Part shown: positions 10,283-20,432 of the stretch, piece after piece
How positions within the stretch are numbered: position 1 is the stretch's first letter
Layout of the letters: each line of letters begins with the position of its first letter
Assembly (NCBI GenBank): GCA_024911895.1
Contig: GCA_024911895.1_3948.1
From: a phage
DNA length: 64,000 nucleotides
Strand: one strand, 5' to 3'
Program-made: the position numbers and the translations under genes
The notes under the pieces: model-generated
Told to the model about the DNA's origin: nothing
Databases searched by the model: none
Seen by the model: only the letters and a program-made list of their open reading frames with translations

Positions 10283-12274
10283 TCACTCAGTTTCAAACGG
10301 GCAGTCATCTGCATCCTCACTTAATACAGGTGGAATCGTTGAGCTTTGACGCTGTTCTTCAGTATAGACTTCGCCAGTCTCACGGTCAAATACTTCATCC
10401 TCATAATGAGGTAAAGAGTCATCATAATGGTCTTCAGCTTCACCAATACCAAACTGTTGACGAATATTTTCTGCTGCACCATCAATGTCAACACCACATC
10501 CAGAAGCTTTGATAAGGCGGCCTGTCTCAGGATTATACCAAGTGTGACCAGCAATACCAGTTGACTTACCATGACGACGACACTTAGTTAGTTTAATCTT
10601 CGTGATGTTCTTCTTAACAGGGTCTGGGTCAACCTTGTTACGCATTAACAAAATATTATTCATGGAAATCTGGAAATACGCACCAGAGCCTTTAATATCC
10701 TCTTCAGAGATATCTCCACCTTCAGAGTTGGCTTTCTGACCACCTGCGCTCTTACGAACGTGACAGACGTTCACCTGTGCATACTGGTAGCGTTTGCAAC
10801 GACGCAATAGTTCAGACAAAACTTCCTCTTCATCAGTATCTGAACGTGACAGAGCCAACGTAATAGGGTCAAGAATAATAATCTTACAGTCTAAACTGTT
10901 AACAAGATAGTCAACAAATTCCAGCAGGTTATCTTGGTCAATTGCACCTTGATGGTCTACGATATGGATACGACGACCTTTAGATAGCTCTGCATGTGCT
11001 TCCTTCAATTCATCCCAATCTCGTTCATCATAAGGAATCTCAGAAATCTGCTTGCTCAGGTGAATTGCACAGAGCATCTCCATCAACTCTTCATAGGTAT
11101 CTTCAACTGGAATTACACCAATATTGTAATCGGTTTCCTTCCAAGCAGTGTAAATCATTTCACGGGTATATGCTGATTTACCTACTGAAGATGGTGCTGC
11201 CAGAGTTGTAATCTCACCTAAACCATAACCACCATAAGTCAGCCTGTTCAAATCTCCGAAAGATTCTGGGAAAGGAATCAATGGAATCTGACCACGATTC
11301 TTCATTGCCTCAAAACCATCTGCGAAGTTCTTGATACCAGCAGGACAGTAACGAGGTGCATTGTAGATACGCTGCTTAAACCCTTCCAGAACTGTATCTT
11401 TCTCTTTATAGAACTTTGTCCACCATTCGTTAAGGTCTTTTACACCTTCTGGATACTGGAACAAACGAACCTTCTCAATAGGTAGGATACCAGCCGCCTC
11501 TTTGGTAGCTTTAGCACCTGCTTCATCGTTATCAAAGCACAAGTAAATCTCATCAAATGATGTGATGTACTGATAGTTGTCTTTGATAGACTTAATGTTT
11601 GCACCTGATGGAACAGATACGTGACAGTAATTCTTACGACGAGACTTATCTTTAATCGCCAAAGAAGTCATGTAGATAGCTGTAGCGCACTCCATCTCAC
11701 CTTCCCAGATGAATAGACGGTTGCCACCTTCTGGAGCAACCCATGAACCGAACATTGCCAGTTCACCTTTAATGTCTCCAACACCACCTGAAAAGTCTTT
11801 TAACTTTCCACGTAGATGTTCTTTTGGGTGGTCTTCTGGGTAACGGTGACGAACACGGTAGCCAACATGTTCTAGCTTGCCATCCTCATTACGTTTGTAA
11901 GTTGGATAGAAATGTGCATCAATTTCACCATCACTGTCAATGTCTACCTTGATGCCTAAGCGTTCAAGAACTTTTGCAGGAATCTTCCTGTCTTTTAAGT
12001 CCATTGCTTCAAGGTTTTCTTTTACATCGTCTAAATCCATTCCACGGAAAGTACGGTTTTTATTGTCTGAACCAGTAGAATAAGTGCTCACGATTTGTCC
12101 TTTATCAAAATCCCACTCTGGGAAACCTTTGTTACAACTAAAGCAAGTCATCGAATAAGAATCATCGTCATGATGGTAGATTGAACCAGCATCTGATGAA
12201 CCACAACGTGGACATGCACAATGACCAATAAACTGACCAGCCTCTTTCAATTTACGACCTTTAGACATTAGCAC
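10283..12274 (-). CDS. DNA primase-helicase (T7 gp4-like)
   Basis: N-terminal zinc ribbon CACPRCGSSD...CFSCNKGF, central TOPRIM-like region, C-terminal helicase with Walker A APSSVGKSAYT. Confidence 0.85.
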   Translation of the reverse strand: MLMSKGRKLKEAGQFIGHCACPRCGSSDAGSIYHHDDDSYSMTCFSCNKGFPEWDFDKGQIVSTYSTGSDNKNRTFRGMDLDDVKENLEAMDLKDRKIPAKVLERLGIKVDIDSDGEIDAHFYPTYKRNEDGKLEHVGYRVRHRYPEDHPKEHLRGKLKDFSGGVGDIKGELAMFGSWVAPEGGNRLFIWEGEMECATAIYMTSLAIKDKSRRKNYCHVSVPSGANIKSIKDNYQYITSFDEIYLCFDNDEAGAKATKEAAGILPIEKVRLFQYPEGVKDLNEWWTKFYKEKDTVLEGFKQRIYNAPRYCPAGIKNFADGFEAMKNRGQIPLIPFPESFGDLNRLTYGGYGLGEITTLAAPSSVGKSAYTREMIYTAWKETDYNIGVIPVEDTYEELMEMLCAIHLSKQISEIPYDERDWDELKEAHAELSKGRRIHIVDHQGAIDQDNLLEFVDYLVNSLDCKIIILDPITLALSRSDTDEEEVLSELLRRCKRYQYAQVNVCHVRKSAGGQKANSEGGDISEEDIKGSGAYFQISMNNILLMRNKVDPDPVKKNITKIKLTKCRRHGKSTGIAGHTWYNPETGRLIKASGCGVDIDGAAENIRQQFGIGEAEDHYDDSLPHYEDEVFDRETGEVYTEEQRQSSTIPPVLSEDADDCPFETE

Positions 12275-12461
12275 CTCTTCGTTGTAGTTCTGCCTTCAAT
12301 CCGTTTTCAATCTTGTCCAGTTCATGAATTTCATCTGCAATCTCTTTCCTTCGTGATTCAACTCTCTTAAGACGTTCAATCATTACCTCATCGGAAAGAG
12401 ATGAGAGTTCCACTAAACGATGGTCAATAACTTTAAAATTATCTTTTACTCTCATCTTCAT
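12261..12461 (-). CDS. Hypothetical protein (66 aa)
   Basis: ORF. Confidence 0.35.
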   Translation of the reverse strand: MKMRVKDNFKVIDHRLVELSSLSDEVMIERLKRVESRRKEIADEIHELDKIENGLKAELQRRGANV

Positions 12462-12469
12462 TCTCTCTT

Positions 12470-13216
12470 TTAAATTTTCAGGATAGCTCTTAGCTTGCTT
12501 TCAAGGTCTTCAAGAGTACCATTATTATGGATAATGTCACGCGCATATTTGGTAGAAATTCCATTTTCTGAAACATGTGATGAAACCTTGTCCACATTGT
12601 CTCTTTTTACTTCAATAGTTTGGTGTGCAAATCTACTCAGCCACTCAGCTTCAGAGTCAAACCTTAAGTCACTGATTAAAACGACACCTTCTTGATTCCT
12701 AAGTGAGCAAACGTCAAAGAAGTTTACCATCCTTTTTTCAAGGTCTTTAGACCAGAACTTGTCACCCATAACTTTACGGATTACTTCAGTGCCCCAAATC
12801 TGTTGAATTTGTCTTGATGAGAATTTATACTTTTTGCTAAATCCCAGACGTGTCAATAGAGTCGGTTTAGCAACCTTCTTAAGCTCCATGATTAATCGTC
12901 CGGTTAACTCCGAAATAAGCTTAAAGTCCATATGGTAACGTTCATCTCTGAAGGTGAACTCCATAGCTTCCGTAACTTTAGTCATAAGTTCAGAGTATGA
13001 TAAATCAAAGACCTGTGGAGTCTCTTTAGTTTCACCGTACAGGTCATTCCAAGTCAGGTCAAATATCTTTGATGCAGATAGCTTAAGATTGTCTGCATAG
13101 GCCATTACTGCAACATTGTAGCCATACTCATCTTCTAAGATATTCTTAACAATAGAACAGGAGGTGTCTTTTCCAGAACGTGCCTTTCCAGTAAATGCAA
13201 TAATACTACTACTCAT
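12470..13216 (-). CDS. Deoxynucleoside monophosphate kinase
   Basis: P-loop AFTGKARSGKDT as in T4 gp1 (GxxRSGKDT); ORF 12470-13264, start likely MSSSII. Confidence 0.6.
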   Translation of the reverse strand: MSSSIIAFTGKARSGKDTSCSIVKNILEDEYGYNVAVMAYADNLKLSASKIFDLTWNDLYGETKETPQVFDLSYSELMTKVTEAMEFTFRDERYHMDFKLISELTGRLIMELKKVAKPTLLTRLGFSKKYKFSSRQIQQIWGTEVIRKVMGDKFWSKDLEKRMVNFFDVCSLRNQEGVVLISDLRFDSEAEWLSRFAHQTIEVKRDNVDKVSSHVSENGISTKYARDIIHNNGTLEDLESKLRAILKI

Positions 13217-13277
13217 TTTGTCTACCTTAATTACCAAAAAGCCCCCAACTAAGGAGGCTTGCAAGATTTATAAAGAC

Positions 13278-14090
13278 TTAGTGCAGTTTGTCACTAGTAA
13301 TCTGTGATTGCTCTTTTTCAGCCATAGCTGAGACTTGCTTCACAAAATCGTCACCAAAGTTAATGCGAAGCTTCTCTTCAATGATTGAAGCACCAATGTT
13401 TACCAAAACATCATTGATTGCTTGCATACTGACACCACCAGTCATCTCCTCAACGAACTCAATGGTTACACCCAACATCTGAGAAAGTTGGATTAGTGCA
13501 ACGATATTCATCATTGTAGAGATAGCAGGAATCATCAGAGCAACCTTAACCTGTAGTGGTTCTACATCAGCTACAGAATCATCTTTCACAGCTTCTGCTA
13601 AAGAGTCTTTAGTTTGCTGGATAATCTCTTTGATTCGTGGGTTTAGCTCTTCTACACCCCAATCAAGTTTTTCATATCGTGACAGCTTCTCTTCCATTCG
13701 CTTCTCAAGAGCAGCCATAACAGCACTCGTTGACGAAATTAACAGGTCAACTAGCTCATTATTATCTAAGAGCAGTAGCGAGTCTTTTTCTTCAGAGGTC
13801 ATGGCAATATAGTCATTTTTCTGCATCTCATAGAAAATGAACTCTGCAAGAGCATCAACACCTACAACGATAGATGCTAAAGCAAGTTTTTTGTCACACA
13901 GCATCATATTAACCTGTTCTGCAAAAGCACCGTTATCAGACTTGTCTTTAGGCAAGTTATAGCTTGCAGGCATAAACTGCTCTGTGTAGTTGTTTCCACG
14001 AAGAATCATAGCCATGCTTTCTACGGCATTGATTAAGAATGCTTCGTCAATACCTTTTTCTTCAAGCATCTGGTCTACAGTAGTATTCAT
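13278..14090 (-). CDS. Hypothetical protein (270 aa)
   Basis: ORF. Confidence 0.45.
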   Translation of the reverse strand: MNTTVDQMLEEKGIDEAFLINAVESMAMILRGNNYTEQFMPASYNLPKDKSDNGAFAEQVNMMLCDKKLALASIVVGVDALAEFIFYEMQKNDYIAMTSEEKDSLLLLDNNELVDLLISSTSAVMAALEKRMEEKLSRYEKLDWGVEELNPRIKEIIQQTKDSLAEAVKDDSVADVEPLQVKVALMIPAISTMMNIVALIQLSQMLGVTIEFVEEMTGGVSMQAINDVLVNIGASIIEEKLRINFGDDFVKQVSAMAEKEQSQITSDKLH

Positions 14091-14091
14091 A

Positions 14092-14514
14092 TTATTTCTC
14101 TCTCAGTTGGTTAAGTTTCTTTCTAGAACATTTTAAGTTTTCTGATGAAGAAAAGTCAAGTGTCTTTTCAGAACGTGGATAGTAATGTCTATCCCAAGAA
14201 GTTTCAACATCATTAATCAGTGACGCTAGATTACACAGGTCTGTACCACTTTGCAACTTCTTTTTAAGAGAATCTAGTAAAGCAACTGTATCTTTAGCTT
14301 TACGTCTCGCTGTAGCAACATCTTTCATATGCTCAAATACAGAGCATTTTAAGTCATCTTCATAGTTTTCAGACAACTCTATTTCATGTTGTATATCAAC
14401 CATTCTCCTGTGATGGTGAGCATATTCCCGTTGAGCAGCAATGTCAAGTTCTTCCAACTTCTGCAAAGCTCTAACAAAGTCAGCTATGTCTGGGTGAACA
14501 AACATTTTCTGCAT
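14092..14514 (-). CDS. Hypothetical protein (140 aa)
   Basis: ORF. Confidence 0.45.
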   Translation of the reverse strand: MQKMFVHPDIADFVRALQKLEELDIAAQREYAHHHRRMVDIQHEIELSENYEDDLKCSVFEHMKDVATARRKAKDTVALLDSLKKKLQSGTDLCNLASLINDVETSWDRHYYPRSEKTLDFSSSENLKCSRKKLNQLREK

Positions 14515-14690
14515 GTAAGCCTCTTTTAAGTAACTATTAAGTTTTAATCTTTTATCTTAACGTATTCTATACGTTATACTTTAAAGCTTTTTAAAAGCTA
14601 TTAAATAATCTTTTAAGAGTTTTAAAGTATCTGTATAGTTAAACTGTTAAGTAACCTTTTAAGTAAAAACCCACTTCGCAAAGATTAACA

Positions 14691-14713
14691 CCTTGTCAAG
14701 TACATTGTCAACT
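14691..14713 (+). promoter_or_regulatory. Conserved box CCTTGTCAAGTACATTGTCAAC (direct repeat TTGTCAA x2) in divergent intergenic region
   Basis: Near-identical 23-nt copy at 55698-55720; TATAAT at 14721-14726; upstream of DNA polymerase. Confidence 0.45.
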
Positions 14714-14771
14714 TGCTTTTTATAATTTTTTGCAGTAATGTATGAGGTTAATGATTTTAGAGGGAGTAAAA

Positions 14772-17471
14772 ATGGAAAACGTAGATTTTAAAAACTTACA
14801 TTTAGTTGGTGATACAGAAACTGATGGTTTACTCCTTGAGTTCACTAAAGTTCACGTAATGGCTTTCGCAGATTATAAATCTGACGATGAAGAGCCACCT
14901 GTATGGGTCTTTACAGATGAGCCTATCCTCGGTCACAAGTACACTAAGTACATTAAGGGTGGTTTACGTGAAGGTGTTGAGTTTGCGTTAAAGGCAAAAC
15001 GACTTTGTATCCATAACGGCCTCGGTTATGACTGGTGGGTCTTCAATCACATTGCACCGGATTTATGGAACTTTGATAATCCAAAATGTAAGCCGTGGAG
15101 TAATTTCTTTCAGGATTCTCTTATCCAGTCTCGTGTTCAGTGGATGGATAGACCAACTCCAAAGGGTTATAAAGGTGCTCATGGTTTGGCTGCATGGGGT
15201 GCTCGTGTTGGTGTTCGTAAACCAGAGATTGAACATTGGGGTGTGTGGAATGCAGAAATCTTCACTCGTGTTGTAGAAGATATCCGTATTAACGCCAAAA
15301 CTAAACGGGCACTTGATAATGAATATCTCAAGCTTAAGAAGTGTGGTATAGACACTTATGAAACTTACATGCGAGCTAAAGAAACATCTTTCTGGATGAG
15401 TCAACAGGCTATCAATGGCTGGAAAGCTGATAAAGAGCTTATGGAGTTCCATGTAAAGGAACTTGACAAGTTGACTAATGAGCTTGCTTCAGAGGTTGAA
15501 CCACATCTACCTCCAACTATTAAGACCAAAGGTAAAGTTACTGGAGAAGAATTTGCAAGAGCTTGGAATGAGTATGTTGAAACATTTGGTCATGCAGATG
15601 GACTGAAGAGAATCACCAAGTATCCTAAGACAAAGTATCGTCAGCAGGTACGTAACGGTGAGATGCAGACATATGAAATCAAGCCATTTGGTAAGCCAAC
15701 TACAAAGATTTTTAACATTGAAAAGAGAAATTGCTATACACCAACCAACTCTGTAACTGGTGAAGAGTACAAGGAAGGTTTTGTAGCAATGAAGGATGCT
15801 CGTGCAATTTGCAATGAGTTGAATGCAAAGATTGGTAAGAAATGCAAAGACTGGAAGCCAGTAAAAACAGTTAAAACTGTGAAGTACTATAACAGTCATG
15901 TTGTTAACCACTTTGAGCTTGAGTCAAGTCGCTACACAGGTTTGATTGATGCACCATATACACCAATTGAGTTCGAAGTTTCTCGTATGACTCAGGTAGC
16001 AGTTGTTAAAGACTACTTGAAATCAGTTGGTTGGATTCCAGATGACTGGAACTACAAGAAAGACTCAGATGGTCGTCCTGTTAAGGTTTGTCGTTTCAAA
16101 GACAACAAAAAGATGATTACCAAGCATCCTAAATGGCAGGAGATGGTTGAACGGTGTGGTTTGAGTTATGTTGAACATGAAGGTGTCCAGTACATTGAGC
16201 ATAACTGGTCTGTGAAGAAGTACACAGATTTGCTTGAGCCTTGCTTAATCCGTACTTCACCAAAACTTACTGAATCATCTTATGATACGATTGAAGGTGA
16301 GCTTGGACAGAAGATTGCTAAGTACTATACTTTGATGCACCGACGCAGAACTATTGAGAACTCAAAGGATGATGAAAAAGGTTGGTTGAACCAGATTCGT
16401 CCTGATGGTCGACTTAGTGCTGGTGCAATGGTGTTTGGTACTTCAACTGGACGTATGACACAATATGGTATTGTAAACGTACCGTCTGGTGCTGCTGTCT
16501 ATGGAGCACCTATGAGGGAGGTATGGACTTGTGAAGATGGTACAGATATCATCTCCGTAGACCAAAACTCAGCACAGCTAGTTCTCCTTTGTAACTTTAT
16601 GGGTGATGAAGACTTCACTAAAGCGGTAACTGAGGGTAAAGAGTCAGTAGAGTTCACTAAGCAAGAGGATGGCAGATACTACTGTAAGCATCTTGATAAG
16701 TATCTTAACCCAGAAACTGACAAGTATCTTCGTTATGATGCTGAGAATGACCTCTATGAAGTCTATACAGGGACTGATGCACATACATTGAACAGTATTT
16801 ACTTTGGTCTTAACAAAGAAGAGGATATTATTCTTTGTAGGGAGACACAGGATGAGGAACTTCTTCACGAGATTACAAAAGGTCGTAAGAAGAGCAAAAA
16901 TGGCATCTACGCCCTGTTATTTGGAGCCGGAGATGAGAAGTTTGCGAAAACTATCAAGGCATCATCTACGGAAGAGGGTGCGTTGACTAAACAAACTTAC
17001 TTTGTGCGTCTACCTAAGATTAAAAAACTGCTTGATAGATTAGAGGAAGACTTCAAAGCAACTAAGAAAGCACTTGAAGAGGTTTTCGGAAAAACTTCTG
17101 CAATTGCCAAAGGTGGCTATATCAAAGTTGCTGGAGCGTGGTTATGGTGTAAATCTCCACATAAGTTATTGAATTACACACTTATGGGCAGTGAGGCGCA
17201 GGTGCAGAATGAGGGTATTAACTTGGCTAACAGAGAGTTAACAGAGCGCAAGCTTACAGTTCTAAATGGTAGGAAGCCTGCTATTGGTGCTAGGTGGGTC
17301 TGTAGTTACCACGATGAGGTCTCTTTAGAGGTTCCAACCAAAGATGTACCTGATGTTAAGGAGATTATTGATAGAATGTATGGTCAAGCATCAAAAAATC
17401 TTGGATTAAAGAGTAAGACGCTTGTTACAGGCACTGGTAAGGTAGGTAAGACATGGTACGCCGTACACTAA
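14772..17471 (+). CDS. DNA polymerase, family A, with 3'-5' exonuclease domain
   Basis: ORF 14742-17471; start at MENVDF after AGGGAG; Exo I motif GDTETDGL; C-terminal polymerase region with YHDEVSLEV motif C-like. Confidence 0.85.
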   Translation: MENVDFKNLHLVGDTETDGLLLEFTKVHVMAFADYKSDDEEPPVWVFTDEPILGHKYTKYIKGGLREGVEFALKAKRLCIHNGLGYDWWVFNHIAPDLWNFDNPKCKPWSNFFQDSLIQSRVQWMDRPTPKGYKGAHGLAAWGARVGVRKPEIEHWGVWNAEIFTRVVEDIRINAKTKRALDNEYLKLKKCGIDTYETYMRAKETSFWMSQQAINGWKADKELMEFHVKELDKLTNELASEVEPHLPPTIKTKGKVTGEEFARAWNEYVETFGHADGLKRITKYPKTKYRQQVRNGEMQTYEIKPFGKPTTKIFNIEKRNCYTPTNSVTGEEYKEGFVAMKDARAICNELNAKIGKKCKDWKPVKTVKTVKYYNSHVVNHFELESSRYTGLIDAPYTPIEFEVSRMTQVAVVKDYLKSVGWIPDDWNYKKDSDGRPVKVCRFKDNKKMITKHPKWQEMVERCGLSYVEHEGVQYIEHNWSVKKYTDLLEPCLIRTSPKLTESSYDTIEGELGQKIAKYYTLMHRRRTIENSKDDEKGWLNQIRPDGRLSAGAMVFGTSTGRMTQYGIVNVPSGAAVYGAPMREVWTCEDGTDIISVDQNSAQLVLLCNFMGDEDFTKAVTEGKESVEFTKQEDGRYYCKHLDKYLNPETDKYLRYDAENDLYEVYTGTDAHTLNSIYFGLNKEEDIILCRETQDEELLHEITKGRKKSKNGIYALLFGAGDEKFAKTIKASSTEEGALTKQTYFVRLPKIKKLLDRLEEDFKATKKALEEVFGKTSAIAKGGYIKVAGAWLWCKSPHKLLNYTLMGSEAQVQNEGINLANRELTERKLTVLNGRKPAIGARWVCSYHDEVSLEVPTKDVPDVKEIIDRMYGQASKNLGLKSKTLVTGTGKVGKTWYAVH

Positions 17472-17956
17472 CACTTCAAGATTACAAGGATAATTTTATT
17501 TATGACCCCGACAAAGGGGTCTTCTACAACAAGTATGACAGGAATAGACAAGCTAAAGCTGGACAGATTGCAGGAGGAAGTGATACTTATGGTTACAAAG
17601 TACTTAAATTCAAAGGTGTCGTAATAAAAGTTCATCACCTCGTTTGGTGGTTCGAACATGGTTACAAACCCACTAAGATGATAGACCACATTGATGGTAA
17701 CAGAAGTAATAATCATATCTCTAATCTTAGGGAGGCTGATAAGTATGGAAACGCCCAAAACAGGGTTAAGCAGACAGCTAACAAGTCAGGTTACAAGGGT
17801 GTGCATTATTTTAAAGACTGCAATAAATGGAGGGCTGCTATAACATGCAGAGGTAAAAGGACATCACTTGGTTTATTTGACACACCAGAAGAAGCCCATA
17901 AAGCTTACTGTGAAGCTGCTGTAAAACTCCACGGAGAGTTTGCAAAACTAAGTTGA
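17453..17956 (+). CDS. HNH homing endonuclease with AP2-type domain
   Basis: HHLVWWFEHGYKPTKMIDHIDGNRSNNHISNL plus GYKGVHY...WRAAIT AP2-like; overlaps polymerase stop. Confidence 0.7.
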   Translation: MVRRTLTLQDYKDNFIYDPDKGVFYNKYDRNRQAKAGQIAGGSDTYGYKVLKFKGVVIKVHHLVWWFEHGYKPTKMIDHIDGNRSNNHISNLREADKYGNAQNRVKQTANKSGYKGVHYFKDCNKWRAAITCRGKRTSLGLFDTPEEAHKAYCEAAVKLHGEFAKLS

Positions 17957-18007
17957 CAATGTGCTCAGGGAAGAGTACCTTATACTGTATCTTGTATAGG
18001 AGGTTAT

Positions 18008-18220
18008 ATGACACTTGCAGACGTTATTCAGCAACTTCACGACAATTGCTACACTCCAGAGATGATTCAGGAGATGCTTATTGTAGTGATGCCTAGTAAG
18101 TTCGTAAAAGGTTTTAATCATGATTCTTTAAGGTCTGCGCATATCCTTATTGTCGATGGTAAGATTGCAAGAGACCGCACAGGAGTCCTTAAGGGTGCAC
18201 GTATTAGTATTGACCTCTGA
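18008..18220 (+). CDS. Hypothetical protein (70 aa)
   Basis: ORF. Confidence 0.35.
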   Translation: MTLADVIQQLHDNCYTPEMIQEMLIVVMPSKFVKGFNHDSLRSAHILIVDGKIARDRTGVLKGARISIDL

Positions 18221-18406
18221 GTATTGGGGATACCAAAATGAAACGCAAAGTTAAGTTTTTTAATTTATATGGAAGAGTTGGTAAAGGTTTTGACTGGCAA
18301 CTGTTACGTTCAAATGTTAAAAGCAATGAATTAGCACCACTTATCATTCATTATCGACGTACATACAGAGAAGTAGAGCATCGTGAACAGTAATAGGAGA
18401 AGTGTT

Positions 18407-18643
18407 ATGTGGAAAGTAGTAATTGCGCTTGGTGTTATTTTTCTATCTGGCTGCAACCCTTCTTATGAAGATAAAAATGCTTCTTACAGCCTCCCACCAG
18501 AGATGCAAGATTGCAGAGTATACAAGTTACATGGTGATGCTATAAGCAGAGATATTGTTGTTGTAAGATGTCCAAATTCTCAAACAACAACATCTTATAG
18601 CTATGGCAAAAATGGTCAATCACATACCACGGTTATTGAGTGA
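18407..18643 (+). CDS. Putative lipoprotein
   Basis: MWKVVIALGVIFLSGC signal peptide with lipobox LSGC; AGGAGA upstream. Confidence 0.45.
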   Translation: MWKVVIALGVIFLSGCNPSYEDKNASYSLPPEMQDCRVYKLHGDAISRDIVVVRCPNSQTTTSYSYGKNGQSHTTVIE

Positions 18644-18860
18644 GGTTTTCACGATGGAAGTATTAGTAAACTACATCTATCGTTATGATGTTGTTCACTC
18701 CACTACAACCGTAGCTCAACGTAATCCAATCGTCCCACGAGAAGGTGAGTTGGTTCGCATTGAGGGTTGGACTTACACTGTGGAAAGCATCATTCATAAG
18801 TTTGATGTTGCTGGTGATGTTCAAGTTATCGACGTAGAGATTGGTGATAAGAGAAAATGA
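18603..18860 (+). CDS. Hypothetical protein
   Basis: ORF; start uncertain. Confidence 0.35.
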   Translation: MAKMVNHIPRLLSEVFTMEVLVNYIYRYDVVHSTTTVAQRNPIVPREGELVRIEGWTYTVESIIHKFDVAGDVQVIDVEIGDKRK

Positions 18861-19048
18861 CTGTAGAAGATAAATTTAAGAACGCAGTTCTTACAGAAGA
18901 TGGTGAGCTTGAAACATTCATTCTTCGTGTTGATGGTAAACTATTCCGGTGTCGTTGTGGGTCAAACTGTTTCCATAAACCAGATAAAAATGACTTAGAG
19001 CTTTACGCATGTAATGCTTGCAACACTTGGTATCACTCAGAGGAATAA
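18857..19048 (+). CDS. Small zinc-ribbon protein
   Basis: CRCGSNCF...CNACNTWYH four-Cys pattern. Confidence 0.4.
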   Translation: MTVEDKFKNAVLTEDGELETFILRVDGKLFRCRCGSNCFHKPDKNDLELYACNACNTWYHSEE

Positions 19049-19049
19049 A

Positions 19050-20150
19050 ATGACAATTCTGTACAAACAAAATAAAGACGGCTCTTTTAACGTCTGGTCA
19101 TGCGTTGCTGTAGGTGACAAAGTTATTACAACCTACGGTAAAGAAAATGGCAAGATGATGTTTGAAGAGTATACAGCAGAACCTAAAAACATCGGTAAAA
19201 AGAATGAGCGTAACGCTGAACAGCAAGCTCTCTTTGAAGTTGCTGCTAAGTATAAAAAGCAAGTTGACCGTAAAGGGTATGCTTACACAAAAGAGTCTGC
19301 ACAGAATACTGAGAAGGTAGGTGTACAGCTTGCTCATGATGCTGCAAAGGTTAGTCATGCAAAGTATCTGAAGTTCCCTGCTGATGCTCAACCAAAACTT
19401 GATGGTGTCCGTTGTAGAATTTCAAGAGATGCTGATTCAGTTAGTTTTACGGCTTATTCTCGTGAGAATACTGTTTACAACGTTCCAGCAGAACTAATCC
19501 CAGATTTGCTTTTGTTGCTTAAATTACATCCGCAAGTTGAGGACTTTGATGGTGAGATTTATGCTCATGGTTGGGACTTAGAAGATATTGTCTCTATGAT
19601 TAAGAATGCTGACAATCCAGACCGTCACCTTCTTAAGTTCTACTGGTATGATATCTGTGACAATTCAAAAACTTGGCCTGAGCGTCGTGAAGTTATTGAT
19701 AACTCACCCATTATTGAGCTTGGTGATACCTGTAGAGTTGTTCCTGTACAGACTATCCGTGTCAACTCTTGGGAAGAGTTCGATGAAGCTCATGATAAGT
19801 GGGTTGAAGCTAAGTTTGAAGGTGCAATGTACCGTTCAATCTCTGAAGACTCCTTCTATGAGTGTTGTCACCGTTCATACTTCTTGATTAAGCACAAGAA
19901 GATGCACACTGAAGAGTTTAAAGTGACTGGTGTAAAGACCGATAAACGTGGTCATGGCAAGTTCGTTGTAGAGACTCTTCCTAACGTCTTTGTAGATGTC
20001 TCATGGAAAACTACTCATGAGAAGAAACAGTATCTTGCTGAGCATCCTGAAGAGTTTATCGGTAAACCTTTAACGGTTCAGTTCCAGAAGATGACTCGTA
20101 AGGGGTCTTTACAGTTCCCTGTGGGGTTAGTTATACGAGATTATGAATAA
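19050..20150 (+). CDS. ATP-dependent DNA ligase
   Basis: Motif I PKLDGVRC (KxDGxR), FDGEIYAHG, EGAMYR, LIKHKK ligase motifs in order. Confidence 0.8.
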   Translation: MTILYKQNKDGSFNVWSCVAVGDKVITTYGKENGKMMFEEYTAEPKNIGKKNERNAEQQALFEVAAKYKKQVDRKGYAYTKESAQNTEKVGVQLAHDAAKVSHAKYLKFPADAQPKLDGVRCRISRDADSVSFTAYSRENTVYNVPAELIPDLLLLLKLHPQVEDFDGEIYAHGWDLEDIVSMIKNADNPDRHLLKFYWYDICDNSKTWPERREVIDNSPIIELGDTCRVVPVQTIRVNSWEEFDEAHDKWVEAKFEGAMYRSISEDSFYECCHRSYFLIKHKKMHTEEFKVTGVKTDKRGHGKFVVETLPNVFVDVSWKTTHEKKQYLAEHPEEFIGKPLTVQFQKMTRKGSLQFPVGLVIRDYE

Positions 20151-20156
20151 AAGTTG

Positions 20157-20184
20157 TTGACATAGATAATTTGGTGAGTATACT
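20157..20184 (+). promoter_or_regulatory. Sigma70-like promoter TTGACA-16 nt-TATACT
   Basis: TTGACA 20157-20162, TATACT 20179-20184. Confidence 0.4.
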
Positions 20185-20432
20185 GAGCAGCATAAACCAA
20201 CAGGTACTCACCAGCATCACTTAAGAATCTTATAAGAGGGTTTTTAAGTAATGTATTGCACGGTAAGGTGATGTGAAGTCTGGTTTTGCATGGTGTGGTT
20301 TGGTATGGAAGGATGGCAGTAGCCTTATAAAAAATCTGCCAAATAAGCTATAAAGTCTGTTGACAAGTCAGGTGTTATAGCTTATTTTTATACTCAATGT
20401 AATACAAAATTTAATATAACTTTGAGGTCATT

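Noticed and set aside
10027-10320. 97-aa minus-strand ORF upstream of the primase-helicase
   Set aside because: Overlaps the primase-helicase start region and has an implausible sequence; the 45-aa ORF at 9892-10029 with a strong RBS is preferred.
14691-14726. Canonical sigma70 promoter formed by the TTGTCA box and TATAAT
   Set aside because: Spacing between either TTGTCA and the TATAAT is 10 or 22 nt, not 16-18; kept as a regulatory box of unknown type.
17953-17986. Sigma70-like promoter TTGACA...TATACT downstream of the HNH gene
   Set aside because: Spacer is 22 nt, too long for a standard promoter.
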